This document shows, piece after piece, positions 10,126 to 19,865 of a stretch of DNA of 64,000 bases. The translations under genes and the position numbers were made by a program. The stretch is from Anaerolineales bacterium (GTDB taxonomy: Bacteria > Chloroflexota > Anaerolineae > Anaerolineales > UBA11858), in the NCBI GenBank assembly GCA_046483045.1, contig JAWODY010000081.1, forward strand, positions 7,502-71,501. The letters run 5' to 3'. The first letter of the stretch is position 1; every line of letters begins with the position of its first letter. The notes beneath the pieces are model-generated. The model did no database searches and was not told the origin of the DNA. It saw only the letters and a program-made list of their open reading frames with translations.

Positions 10126-10575
10126 GTGGATAAAAAAAAGGCAGCAGCCGAAGACAACAAAAAACGACCCTGGCCGGTGACTGTGTTCTGCATCCTCATC
10201 CTGCTCGCTGGTCTGAACCACTTCCTGAGAATGAGCCAGGCGGTTGCGCAGTGGGAACTTCTGAAATCGATGCCCCTCTCCATCCCCCCCCTTTACCTAG
10301 CGCTGCAAGGTTTTATCTGGGGCACAGCTGCCGTCGCCCTGAGCATCGGTTTCTGGACGGGACGACCCTGGGCGAGAACCTGGACTTTCATCCTGGTGGC
10401 TCTGTACAGCCTCTGGTTTTGGATTGACCTGCGCTGGGTCAAGTCCCGCGAAATTTTCCGAACACGCTGGCCTTTCCTGCTCGGGATCACAATCCTGGGA
10501 GCGGCTCTGGTGCTCCTGACCCTGAACCTGCCTGCCAGCAGGGCTTATTTTCAAAGAAAGGACAACGGCAGGTAA
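10126..10575 (+). CDS. Hypothetical integral membrane protein (about 4 TM)
   Basis: KRPWPVT start, four hydrophobic segments, RAYF end. Confidence 0.8.
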   Translation: MDKKKAAAEDNKKRPWPVTVFCILILLAGLNHFLRMSQAVAQWELLKSMPLSIPPLYLALQGFIWGTAAVALSIGFWTGRPWARTWTFILVALYSLWFWIDLRWVKSREIFRTRWPFLLGITILGAALVLLTLNLPASRAYFQRKDNGR

Positions 10576-10768
10576 GATGGGAGTGGTTATGGCTGAGAAA
10601 AACCAAGATCCAGCAGCGGCGGGAATTAAAGAAAAAGCGCGGTCGGGGGAATGAACTCACCACTCCCCGCTCGGGAATGGTCTCGCGGGGCAAGGTCAAA
10701 ATCCACGATCATCTGGACCGTAAGGAAACCTTGAACATCGTCAGATAAAGATAGAAAGTAAAAGAACC

Positions 10769-10984
10769 TCAGCCCTCTGAATCCTCCCCCCGGTCATTGT
10801 CCTGTTCTTGATTTCGAAGATAAAATCGCAGCACTTTCACCAACCAGGGATAGAGCACAAAGGCGATAATCAAGCCCAGGATCAAGATCTCAGACCAGCC
10901 TACCGCGATCACCGGGCGACAGCCAAATACACTCACCCCCCACACCGCTGTTGCCACCAACACCTGAAATCTCTTTCTATTCAC
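10769..10984 (-). CDS. Small putative lipoprotein with TM helix
   Basis: GTG start, basic N-terminus, VFGC lipobox-like motif, then hydrophobic helix and acidic tail. Confidence 0.55.
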   Translation of the reverse strand: MNRKRFQVLVATAVWGVSVFGCRPVIAVGWSEILILGLIIAFVLYPWLVKVLRFYLRNQEQDNDRGEDSEG

Positions 10985-11151
10985 GTTTGCCACCCACCCC
11001 ATTCACTTCACGTACACCTTTGCCGCTTCCCTGCATTATATCCGAATCACGAACCCCATTCCCCAATCCAGGACAAAGCGCGTCTGTTCCTGCCCCTCCT
11101 TTCAGGGTCGATGATAAGCGGTTTCTGATCCTGGAACCCGGTTCAGACAAA

Positions 11152-12059
11152 TCACAAGCCAAACTGTTTGGTGTCCACCCATTTCATGGAAATCAGGGAC
11201 CAGAAATCCTGCGCAAATCCACTCAACAGATAGGTATACGGCAGCCAGCCGTACCCCTCCTCGCCCCATGCCGTCCCCCACGAGTTCCGGATCAACAAAG
11301 CGCCTTCCGTCGTCATGTCACAGCAGGTATTGGTGATCTTCTTGTGGTCATCATACCCGACAGCCAGCACCGCATGCCCCCATCGGGCCTGCTCCCCCGG
11401 ACAGGGATGTGGGATTCCACCGATCACATCTGATTCAGAAAAAGAATCGAAGCCATAAAACCCAAACATAGAAGGGATACCCGCTGCCAAATAAGCCTTC
11501 ACGCGCCTGAGAACCTCCTCTTTGGGGCGGATTTGCCCCATGGGGTCATGGCAGAAGTACTTTAAGGCCTCATATTCCTCAGCGACAGCATAGACGAATG
11601 GGGTGGGGTCCTTATCGTAATCCTCGATCTGGTAAGGCCAATACCTCTCTGGGGGAACTCCCCCGTAGACAAGGGCGCCCATCGTGCTCAGGATCCAGGC
11701 CCCTGTATCCCCTTCCACGCCCATCAGGTTTCGGGTCATTTTGTAGACGAATAGACGCGAGCCGTCGATGTGTTCCTGGTAAGCCCGCCTTTGAAAGTAC
11801 TCCGCAGCGCCCACAGCAGCGTGGGCCGTGCAAGAACCGAGATTCTCCTGATCTTCCACTTCAGAACAGTACGGACGCAGATTCACTTCTCCAGGCAATT
11901 CGGCGTTCTCCTGGGAGCTATGCCCAGTTTTTTGGTCATCTCCGGAATGTCCTTAACCCTCTCCGTGTAATCCCTGAGATCTGGCAAGGGGGGAAGCCAT
12001 CCCGTCCCCACTTCCCTCCCCTCTTCAGGCAATCTCACCTGTTTGTAAGCCACGTACAT
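11152..12059 (-). pseudogene. C1A (papain/xylellain-like) cysteine protease, frameshifted near 11900-11950
   Basis: RBS and ATG at 12059 give GTGWLPPLPDLRDY and stop after 58 aa. The catalytic part (QENLGSCTAHA, GHAVLAVGY, IRNSWG) lies in the -1 frame, 11898..11152. Confidence 0.85.
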
Positions 12060-12471
12060 GGAAACCTCCTAGGGTTCTCCCTGCCAGGCACATAAAGAAA
12101 ATAAGCATGCCCCACTCAATAACTACCTTCCTCTGCTCAAACATGAAAACCGCTCACGCAGGCGGCGAGCGGCTTATCTCTTTGATACAGGATTGCTGCC
12201 ACGCGTTCTTACGCGTGCTATTCCCTATGCATCCATCCCTGTTTTCCATCCTAGCATGAGCAGGAGGCAAATTCAATGGGTCGCACAAACTGTTTGCTCA
12301 AGCCCGAAAACGGACTGCTAAACAGTAGCTCAGGTAAAAGCCAAATACAGATCTTTCCAAAAAGAGGCCAAAAATCCGGGGGAAAACGGATCCAACCCCC
12401 ACTCCACCCGGCAAGCTCTCATCTGGAGGAAACCCCCAGATCAAAACTGACCCTTGCCCGGGGAAGTCCGT

Positions 12472-13485
12472 TTATCCCTCCCTGGATCCACTGTCATAAG
12501 TGGGCAGCTTCATCGCCTCCCTGACCAGGGCCATGGTTTCCTTTGCCTTGGGGCGCATCCTGGATGCCCCCTGGACCAAAACCTCATTCACCAGATCGGG
12601 TTCTGCCTCGATTTCCCGGCGCTTGGCCCGGATGGGATCCAGCACCTCATTGATGGCCTGGATTAACTTCTGTTTCACTTCGACATCCCCGACATTTCCC
12701 TTCCTGTAGCGCTCTTTGAGGTCCGCCATCTCCTCGCTGTCCCCATTGAACAGGTCATGGTAAATGAAGACGGGGTTCCCCTCCACTCTTCCGGGGATAT
12801 CCGCCCGCACGCGCTTGGGGTCGGTGTACATCCCCATCACCTTTCTCTCCACCGTCTCCGCGTCATCTGAGAGGAAGATGGCGTTGTCCAGGCTTTTGCT
12901 CATCTTGGCCTGCCCATCCGTGCCGATCAATGTGCCCTCAATCTGATATTCCGGCACGGGGAATATTTCCTCGTACATGTGATTGAAACGGCGGGCCACC
13001 TCCCGGGCCAATTCCACGTTGGCCTGGTTATCTGTGCCTACGGGGACAAGATGGGCCCGGGGCAGGAGGATATCTGCCGTCATCAGGACCGGATATCCGA
13101 GCAGCCCAAAAGGGATCTTCTCCAACCCTTCCACCTGGGCCATCTCCTTCAATGATGGAACCCGTTCTAAACGAGGTACGGTGACCAGGTTCTCCAATAA
13201 CGTGTTCAACGCAAAGGTCTCCGGGATGCTGCTCTGCACAAAAATGGTCACTTTCTCCGGGTCTAGTCCGATAGAAATATAATCCAGAACCATATGCCGG
13301 ATGTGTTCCCGGAGCCGGGAAACATGTTCCTGTTCCGGGCGTGTCGTCAAGGTATGCAGATCAGCAATCACGATATAGGTGTCAAATTCATCCTGGGCTT
13401 CCACCCGGTTTTGAAGGCTGCCCACAAAATGCCCCAAATGCAATTTTCCTGTCGGCCGGTCACCTGTCAAAATCCTCTTCTTCAT
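12472..13485 (-). CDS. trpS: Tryptophanyl-tRNA synthetase
   Basis: TGDRPTGKLHLGH (HIGH), YPVLMTADIL, VPVGTDNQ, KMSKS. Confidence 0.97.
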   Translation of the reverse strand: MKKRILTGDRPTGKLHLGHFVGSLQNRVEAQDEFDTYIVIADLHTLTTRPEQEHVSRLREHIRHMVLDYISIGLDPEKVTIFVQSSIPETFALNTLLENLVTVPRLERVPSLKEMAQVEGLEKIPFGLLGYPVLMTADILLPRAHLVPVGTDNQANVELAREVARRFNHMYEEIFPVPEYQIEGTLIGTDGQAKMSKSLDNAIFLSDDAETVERKVMGMYTDPKRVRADIPGRVEGNPVFIYHDLFNGDSEEMADLKERYRKGNVGDVEVKQKLIQAINEVLDPIRAKRREIEAEPDLVNEVLVQGASRMRPKAKETMALVREAMKLPTYDSGSREG

Positions 13486-13563
13486 GTGTTCCTCCTTTCC
13501 CAAACCTCCGTTCCTACCCTTCCTCTCTCAATAACACTCCCTCCTTCCCAGAACAAATCCCCC

Positions 13564-13914
13564 TTAAACGCCCAGGGCTGTGCGGAACAAAAAGGAAAGC
13601 CCGACCCCCAGGCCCCACACGCCGTACCCAACGGTCAGGACCGGGACCAGCTTCCATCCCGCCCGGGCCCCCAGCCAGGCCGCGATGATGAAACCCAAGG
13701 TGGGGATGATGCCCACCACCAAGCTGCGGCTGAAGGTTTGGATCGTCTTCTGCTCGCCCTGGTTCGCAGCGTACACCACCCACAAGGCCAGAGGTACCTT
13801 GATGGGCATGGTCGCGGTCACCGCCGCCACCAGCTTGCTGTGGCGCTCCAAGAGGGCCACGGAGACGATGATTAAGATGGAAACCAGGACGGGAATATAG
13901 TCTTGTGTTTTCAT
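13564..13914 (-). CDS. Small membrane protein (DUF3147-like)
   Basis: 4 TM segments, AAVTATMP motif; 4-bp overlap with upstream gene. Confidence 0.7.
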   Translation of the reverse strand: MKTQDYIPVLVSILIIVSVALLERHSKLVAAVTATMPIKVPLALWVVYAANQGEQKTIQTFSRSLVVGIIPTLGFIIAAWLGARAGWKLVPVLTVGYGVWGLGVGLSFLFRTALGV

Positions 13915-14573
13915 GCCTCTGCTCCTGATACACCGTTCAGTAAAAAGGATTCCACGGATTCCCAGATGACATCCAATTGATCCTTCAGCCTGTGGTCTGA
14001 CTTGACTTCCCGGAGCTCGACCCGCTCCTCATATTTCTCCGAGAAAAAGCGGCTGTCCTCCACCGGGACAAGTTCATCCTGCCAACCGTGAATGATCAAT
14101 GTTTCAGCAGGAGGTTCAATGATCTCATCATACCGCTGTCCATCCAGGTGAAAGTCATACAGGAGGGGCAGCTTCCCCGGGAACGCGTAATGATCAATAT
14201 CAATTGTCCCCCGCTCTTCCCACAAGGAAAGGGCATCGTCGCTCATGCTCAACGATTGATAATAAAGCAGCGGTGCCAGGAGCAGCAAGCGCCGCACAGG
14301 ATACCACCTCCCGTAATGCAGGGCAACCAGCGCTCCCAATGAGCTGCCAATCAAACTCACTTCACCGAGATCACGATCCAGGACAAATTGCCGGAGACGG
14401 TTGATCATCCCGGTCACCGTCATGTGTTTAAAATCGGTGGGCTTGGGATTGAAATCCACAGCTTGAAAGGCGATCTCTTCCACCCCGGAAAATTTCTCCC
14501 CGAAAAAAGTCCCCTTCTCCCCTTTGCTGGAAGAGGCAAAGCCGTGCAAAAAGATAACCGATTCGCGTCTCAT
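13911..14573 (-). CDS. YqiA/YcfP-family alpha/beta hydrolase (esterase)
   Basis: FLHGFASS, GSSLG nucleophile elbow, IHGWQDELVP, SDHRL. Confidence 0.9.
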   Translation of the reverse strand: MRRESVIFLHGFASSSKGEKGTFFGEKFSGVEEIAFQAVDFNPKPTDFKHMTVTGMINRLRQFVLDRDLGEVSLIGSSLGALVALHYGRWYPVRRLLLLAPLLYYQSLSMSDDALSLWEERGTIDIDHYAFPGKLPLLYDFHLDGQRYDEIIEPPAETLIIHGWQDELVPVEDSRFFSEKYEERVELREVKSDHRLKDQLDVIWESVESFLLNGVSGAEA

Positions 14574-14713
14574 TTCCCTTCTCCCATTCATCATCTTTGA
14601 CCATAAACGACGGAATTGCATCCATGAGAAAAACCGCTTCCGCCACATCTCTGACAAAGAAGCGGTTCATCCAATATTCTTGCCTATTATATCGGATATT
14701 CCGCGCAGCCAAC

Positions 14714-15067
14714 CTATGCTAAACGACCATCAAGGGGCTGAGATGGCTGGCTTTTAACCATACCCCAGATCATTCGAATGAACCAATCCAGCCCGATCCC
14801 CCACAGCAGGCTGTTGACCCCCAGCATCACGATGTGAAATACCTCGGAGCGGGGCAGCAGCCCGATGGTCGACAATAACAACTGGTGGTAAGGGAAAATC
14901 AACACCAACATCGCATTCACGGTAAGTTTCTCGGTCAACGTATAAGGTTCCGGGGAATCAAAGTTTCCCATGACGATGGGAAACGAACGCAGGAGTAACA
15001 GATAGGTTACCAACGCATGCAGGCCCGCAAGGAATATCACAGTCAAAATACGCCATTTTCCTTTCAT
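14714..15067 (-). CDS. Hypothetical membrane protein
   Basis: 117-aa ORF with 3 hydrophobic segments, co-oriented with neighbours. Confidence 0.65.
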   Translation of the reverse strand: MKGKWRILTVIFLAGLHALVTYLLLLRSFPIVMGNFDSPEPYTLTEKLTVNAMLVLIFPYHQLLLSTIGLLPRSEVFHIVMLGVNSLLWGIGLDWFIRMIWGMVKSQPSQPLDGRLA

Positions 15068-15155
15068 GTCCGTACCCCATTAATCAAAGACGAGAAATTA
15101 TCATCGGATCTCTTTACGATCTAGATCAGATCAAGCTTTCATCACACGCCTACAT

Positions 15156-15533
15156 TCAATCAAGGCCTAAGATCCGGCGTGCGTTCTCCTCGTCATCCAC
15201 CCCCAGGACCAGCCGGTTGGAGGTGGCCATGTAGGCCAATTCGATGTTTACGTTTTCCCGCGCTAAACGGCGGGCGATATTCCCCAGGACGCCGGGCCGA
15301 TCCTGGACATCAATCAACAGCACCTCGCGTTCCCCTTCCACATCAATGTCATTCGCTTCCAAAGCGCGGCGGGCTTTCTGGGAGTCTTCCACCAAAAGGT
15401 GGATTACCCCTCTCCCCACCACCGTCATCCCGGCCACCCCTTCAATGTTGATTTCCGCTTTCCCCAGGGCCTCTCCCAATTTGGCCAATACGCCGGGCGC
15501 ATCCTCTAAAAGTACCGCTATATCTTTGACCAT
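15156..15533 (-). CDS. Tandem ACT domain protein
   Basis: LEDAPGVLAKLGEALGKAEINIE and VQDRPGVLGNIARRLARENVNIE repeats. Confidence 0.92.
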   Translation of the reverse strand: MVKDIAVLLEDAPGVLAKLGEALGKAEINIEGVAGMTVVGRGVIHLLVEDSQKARRALEANDIDVEGEREVLLIDVQDRPGVLGNIARRLARENVNIELAYMATSNRLVLGVDDEENARRILGLD

Positions 15534-15667
15534 CTTTCTCCTCCTTGGCAAAATCTCTTAACCAAATCCCCACTGGTTTCAATATACATAATGGACCCCG
15601 GCTTTCCTGAAGTTGAGATCCCAGGAGTTGGATGACAGGCAAACATGTCCGGATCAGCCGCCAGGGC

Positions 15668-16612
15668 TTACTGCCCTATCAGCATGTCCGCCAGGCCTTC
15701 CGACCGTTGGGCCAGGACCGAACCGGAGATGGAAAACAGCAAACTGAGTAAGAAATAAGGTTGGCCTATCTTTTCCTCCCCAAGCAGGACACTGATGACG
15801 ACCAATGACAAGAGGGGAACCAGGAACATGGGAGCGACGATTTTCGCCGTGCTGACGCCCTGCTGGCGGGCCCGGTGCAGCGCGCTCGTCCAGGTAATGT
15901 AGGAAACGCCGTTCACCAAAAAGCCCATCGCCAGGGCTGCGCCAATATCAGCTAGGGATATCCGAGCAGCCAGCTCCCATTCCATCAACCCCAGAGGCAG
16001 GACAAATATTAAACTGGAACCGATCGCGGTCAACAAGAAAGTGGGCTGCTGCTTTTCAGTGACGGTGGCGCTGAAAGCAGAAAACAGGCCGTACGAAGCT
16101 CCCGCAGCCAACCCCCACAGCAAACCGGAGAGGTTGGTGATTTGAAACCCGGTCACATCCCCTTCCGTGGCCAAAAGGGTCACAGAAAACAATCCCAGAA
16201 GCAGGGACACCCCTTCGATGACCACTACCATCCCGGAAGGCGGCCTCTCCTGATCAGAAAACAAGGTTCGCGAAAAGAGGACCGTGAAGACCGGCCAGGT
16301 GTAATTCAGGACCACGGTCTCGGACGCCCGCCCAAAGGCCCGGAAGCTCTGGGTGTTGGCGACCATGTTCATGAAATACCCCAGCGGGCCCCAGATCAAA
16401 AACCCCCAGCGCCATCGGGACCCGGGACGCGGCCTGCCCCTGCCTCGCCCGACCAGGAAATAAAAACCCAGGGTACAGGCCGTGAAGAAGAATGACAGGG
16501 TGACCAGCACAAACTGGGAATGCACAGAAATCAAACGCCCGATATAGCCCCCAAAGCTAAGGATGAGCAGGGTCAACGAGACAAGCAGGGGAAGGGACCG
16601 ATTGAATCGCAT
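15668..16612 (-). CDS. EamA/DMT family transporter
   Basis: About 10 TM, LNYTWPVFTVL, LLGEE motifs. Confidence 0.88.
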   Translation of the reverse strand: MRFNRSLPLLVSLTLLILSFGGYIGRLISVHSQFVLVTLSFFFTACTLGFYFLVGRGRGRPRPGSRWRWGFLIWGPLGYFMNMVANTQSFRAFGRASETVVLNYTWPVFTVLFSRTLFSDQERPPSGMVVVIEGVSLLLGLFSVTLLATEGDVTGFQITNLSGLLWGLAAGASYGLFSAFSATVTEKQQPTFLLTAIGSSLIFVLPLGLMEWELAARISLADIGAALAMGFLVNGVSYITWTSALHRARQQGVSTAKIVAPMFLVPLLSLVVISVLLGEEKIGQPYFLLSLLFSISGSVLAQRSEGLADMLIGQ

Positions 16613-16623
16613 GGTTCTCCTAA

Positions 16624-17712
16624 TTATATGTCGTGCCCCTGGGTTCCAGAGGCATCTTCGCCGGCGTCATCCAGGATGTCTCCCACGGTCCCGGCCACTT
16701 CCAGCCCAGCGCATGTTCCCTGCCCCTGGAAGATCGTTTCCTCCAGCTCCCCTGCGCTGTCCAACCCCTGCAGCTTCAACCCAACTTCTGCTGTCAAACT
16801 CTCCAAAATACGCGGGGTCATGCCGTCCAATTCCGGGGAAGACAGCAGGCCGCCTTCCCCCCGCTGGGCCCTGATTTGGAGAACATAGCCAGAAAACCGC
16901 TTCTCGGGGTCGGTCCGGGCGGATCCCCTCAATTCCCACACCACCTCTTCATCCGTCAATTTCAACATCTGGATCTCCGATCCGAGGTAGGTCGCGAAGC
17001 GGTACAGGAGTCCGTCCACCCACAGGCCCACCAAAAATCCCCGGAACCAGCTTCCCATCCAGGGGATGGTCGCCACCGAAGCCGTCAGGCTGACACCTTC
17101 CCGCTGGAAATGATTGCTCTGCATCCAGATGTACGCCCGCGGGAATGTGGTCCCCCAATCCTTTTCCATGTACCCCCTGCCCCCGGTGAAGTCTACCTGC
17201 TGTCCATCAATGGCCAGCTTCCCATCGACAGCGTGATCCAGGCTCAACACCCCATGGTAGGTCTGCATGAAAGGTATAAAAGCGTAGGGGCCCATCACGC
17301 CGGGCGATGTCAAGCGCACCGGCCAGAAGGCCAAGTCTCCGAAACGCAGATCTCCTTCCAGGTGCTGCCCCTGCTCTTCTTTCAGGGACAGTACACACCC
17401 TCCCGGATGGAAATGGTTCCCGGCAACTTCGAGAGCAAATCCGGCCCCCGAAGCCTGAAAACGCTCCAGCGGAAACCGATGATAATCCACCCGGCTGGTG
17501 GACCCGTTCAGCACCTGCAGGAAGGCGTGAGCCCGATCCGGATCTGGATGGTGAAACACACCCGGGATCAAAGCCCAGCGCTGAGCCAAATCCGGGCTGA
17601 CGACCTTCACATACCAGCCCTCAAAATAGGTAGACTGACCCGGCCTGCGGTGATACGCGCCAGGCCGCCAGATAGACTTTATCGTTTGAAACATATGCCA
17701 AACAACCTTCAT
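16624..17712 (-). CDS. Tocopherol cyclase family protein
   Basis: YFEGWYVK, GVMGPYAFIPFMQTYHGVLSLDH, GYMEKDWGTTFPRAYIWMQSNHF. Confidence 0.9.
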   Translation of the reverse strand: MKVVWHMFQTIKSIWRPGAYHRRPGQSTYFEGWYVKVVSPDLAQRWALIPGVFHHPDPDRAHAFLQVLNGSTSRVDYHRFPLERFQASGAGFALEVAGNHFHPGGCVLSLKEEQGQHLEGDLRFGDLAFWPVRLTSPGVMGPYAFIPFMQTYHGVLSLDHAVDGKLAIDGQQVDFTGGRGYMEKDWGTTFPRAYIWMQSNHFQREGVSLTASVATIPWMGSWFRGFLVGLWVDGLLYRFATYLGSEIQMLKLTDEEVVWELRGSARTDPEKRFSGYVLQIRAQRGEGGLLSSPELDGMTPRILESLTAEVGLKLQGLDSAGELEETIFQGQGTCAGLEVAGTVGDILDDAGEDASGTQGHDI

Positions 17713-17750
17713 GCTGAGGGTAATATTACCCGTTGTCCCGTTCCAGACAT

Positions 17751-18329
17751 TCAGCTTTCCTTATCCTCATCACGGTCCCTCATGGGAAGTCCAAGGTAAC
17801 GGTTCGTCCTCTGTTGATACTGCCGGTAATCCTGACCGTGGATTTCTTCCAGATATGCCTCTTCTATTGGAACATAAGCCACGAGAATGACCCAGAAAAC
17901 GGCGGAGAGGAGCAGAGCCAGCAAAGAACGGCTCAAAAACCCTGCCCCCACCAGAAACAACCCCCATCCCAGATTCTGGGGGTGCCTGCTCCAGCGGTAA
18001 ATCCCGGACGTGATTAATTCTCCGGTTTTGATCCCAGATATCTGTTGGAAGTTTTCCATGTGCAGGGTCCCCAGGGCGAGAAAGACCCCACCCAAAAGGC
18101 AGAAGATGAGACCGAGGATCACCGATCCGGTTTGGAATCTTTGATAAGGCCATAACCTGGCCCAGGCTGCGATCAATTCAATGGCCAGATGAAGCGTATA
18201 AAATGCCAGCACACCAGCCACGGTTTCGGGTTTCAGGGAACCCCTCTCCTCAAAATCCCGGCGCACCTGCCACAGCGTCCAGACGGACATCACGATTAAA
18301 AAGAAAACAGCAAGGATCACAGCATACAT
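17751..18329 (-). CDS. ICMT/PEMT-family membrane methyltransferase
   Basis: LITSGIYRWSRHPQNLG, EEAYLEEIHGQDYRQY. Confidence 0.9.
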   Translation of the reverse strand: MYAVILAVFFLIVMSVWTLWQVRRDFEERGSLKPETVAGVLAFYTLHLAIELIAAWARLWPYQRFQTGSVILGLIFCLLGGVFLALGTLHMENFQQISGIKTGELITSGIYRWSRHPQNLGWGLFLVGAGFLSRSLLALLLSAVFWVILVAYVPIEEAYLEEIHGQDYRQYQQRTNRYLGLPMRDRDEDKES

Positions 18330-18587
18330 ACAACTCTCCAGATGAGCCCTTCACAGCCAGTGTTTCAACATGATCAGTACGAGATGAACACGTGCTTTCA
18401 TGCAGTTTCACGGAAAAAGGCCAGAGCAGGGAATGAAATCCCCGATCCAAAGTCCATCTCCAATAAGGGGGCCAGCAGTCGAGCCAACCAAAGGGATGAA
18501 CAGAAGGAATGGGGAAATGCTGTATTAAAGCAGTATAGCACAAGCGGCGCATTCTGGTGGTTCCCCTCCAACCCGGGCCCAGATAAC

Positions 18588-18613
18588 AAAACCCGGCGCG
18601 GTTAAAGCGCCGG
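18588..18613 (-). terminator. Probable intrinsic terminator
   Basis: CCGGCGC/GCGCCGG stem with U-run on the minus strand, downstream of 18723..18983. Confidence 0.55.
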
Positions 18614-18722
18614 TTACTTGACCATCTTGGCTAGTCAGGACAGGACCCAAGAAAAACCCCTGGGTTCATGACACACCTCTAAGGGCACACAGGGAAAGAG
18701 CCCCGCCGCATGGGACGGTTCC

Positions 18723-18983
18723 TTATAAATTCCTCACGTTATCCACGAGCTCATCGAATAATTTCCTGGGCAAGACAGCATAGGCCAAACCCAAGCCGTA
18801 TACAAAAGATTGGAGCGACTCTTTACAATCCGTCGTATAGATCGGTTCACCTCCACTGGAAACCACCCAATCCTTTCCGGACAGCTGCAGGGAAAGACCC
18901 CAATCCATGCGATTGGCTAATTCAATGCCGCCCATCAATTCCCCCCCAGGAAAATACTCTTCAAGCTTGAGAAGGTTTTCCAC
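18723..18983 (-). CDS. Hypothetical protein (86 aa)
   Basis: GTG start after AGGAG RBS; protein-like composition; no family recognised. Confidence 0.75.
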   Translation of the reverse strand: MENLLKLEEYFPGGELMGGIELANRMDWGLSLQLSGKDWVVSSGGEPIYTTDCKESLQSFVYGLGLAYAVLPRKLFDELVDNVRNL

Positions 18984-19290
18984 GGTGCACTCTCCTGTCT
19001 AACATCGCTCATGGTCCTTATTTGAAAACATAAAAACTCAGGGATGATTGTAAACCTTGCGCGACCATGAAGGGGAGAAGCTACACTAGCGCAACCTCCA
19101 TCAATCTGCCCCCATTATAGCAAGGACCAGGGAATTTTGGGCAAATAACCCTCCGACCTTACAACTTTGACTTTTCACGGCCTGCCCACTTAACAATCTT
19201 GAAAGGTTCTCACGCCTTTTTCGATGTCCCCTCACGTTTTCCGGGCACAGCAGCACATCCTTCACCACGGGCACTGGGCCCCTTTAAACA

Positions 19291-19319
19291 GAGATGCCGC
19301 TGGCAGCCAGCGGCATCTC
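19291..19319 (-). terminator. Stem-loop/terminator after the CMD gene
   Basis: Perfect 13-bp stem GAGATGCCGCTGG-cag-CCAGCGGCATCTC, followed by TGTTT on minus. Confidence 0.7.
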
Positions 19320-19358
19320 CAGAAACCGTTAAAGTGTATTATTTCACGATACTTTGTT

Positions 19359-19709
19359 TTACTTTTCCTTCTGGAAGTGGGTCAAAGCTTCCAGGGCTGC
19401 CGAACCATAGACAACGGACGGTCCGCCTCCCATCATGATCGCCACGCCGATGGCATCCACGATCTCGTCCTTGCTGGCGCCGGCTTCCAGGGCATCATGC
19501 ACGTGGAAAGCGATGCATCCATCACAGCGCACAGTGATGCCGATAGCCAGAGCGATCAATTCCTTGACCTTAGCGCTCAGGGCGCTGTCCGTAGCCGCGG
19601 CTTTGTGCAGTTTCTGAAACCCTTCCATGATCTCCGGGTTGGCTTTCCCATATTCACCCATGGATTTCTTGACGTTTTCAAACAATTTCGGATAACTCTC
19701 GACTGCCAT
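19359..19709 (-). CDS. Carboxymuconolactone decarboxylase / AhpD-like protein
   Basis: KELIALAIGITVRCDGCIAFH CxxC motif, MGGGPS. Confidence 0.93.
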   Translation of the reverse strand: MAVESYPKLFENVKKSMGEYGKANPEIMEGFQKLHKAAATDSALSAKVKELIALAIGITVRCDGCIAFHVHDALEAGASKDEIVDAIGVAIMMGGGPSVVYGSAALEALTHFQKEK

Positions 19710-19865
19710 ACCAGACCTCCTGAATATTTATTATGATTTTTCTCATCTTTATTTTACTAAAAAACAGGGAAATAAAAACCCCCGCTAATCCCTCTGGAGG
19801 GTTTCTAACACGATTCAAATACTGTGAAATTTTTCACGAGCAGCCGCGTCAAAGAAAAGTGATCC

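Noticed and set aside
10576-10768. Possible small basic ORF or relic (…KTKIQQRRELKKKRGRG…)
   Set aside because: It needs a frameshift to join a start codon and matches no family I recognise
13486-13563. T-box leader upstream of trpS
   Set aside because: The region is too short and has no T-box consensus or terminator
18330-18722. Possible ncRNA or riboswitch in a long intergenic region
   Set aside because: Only a terminator-like hairpin is recognisable; no known RNA motif. An Rfam/Infernal scan would be needed.
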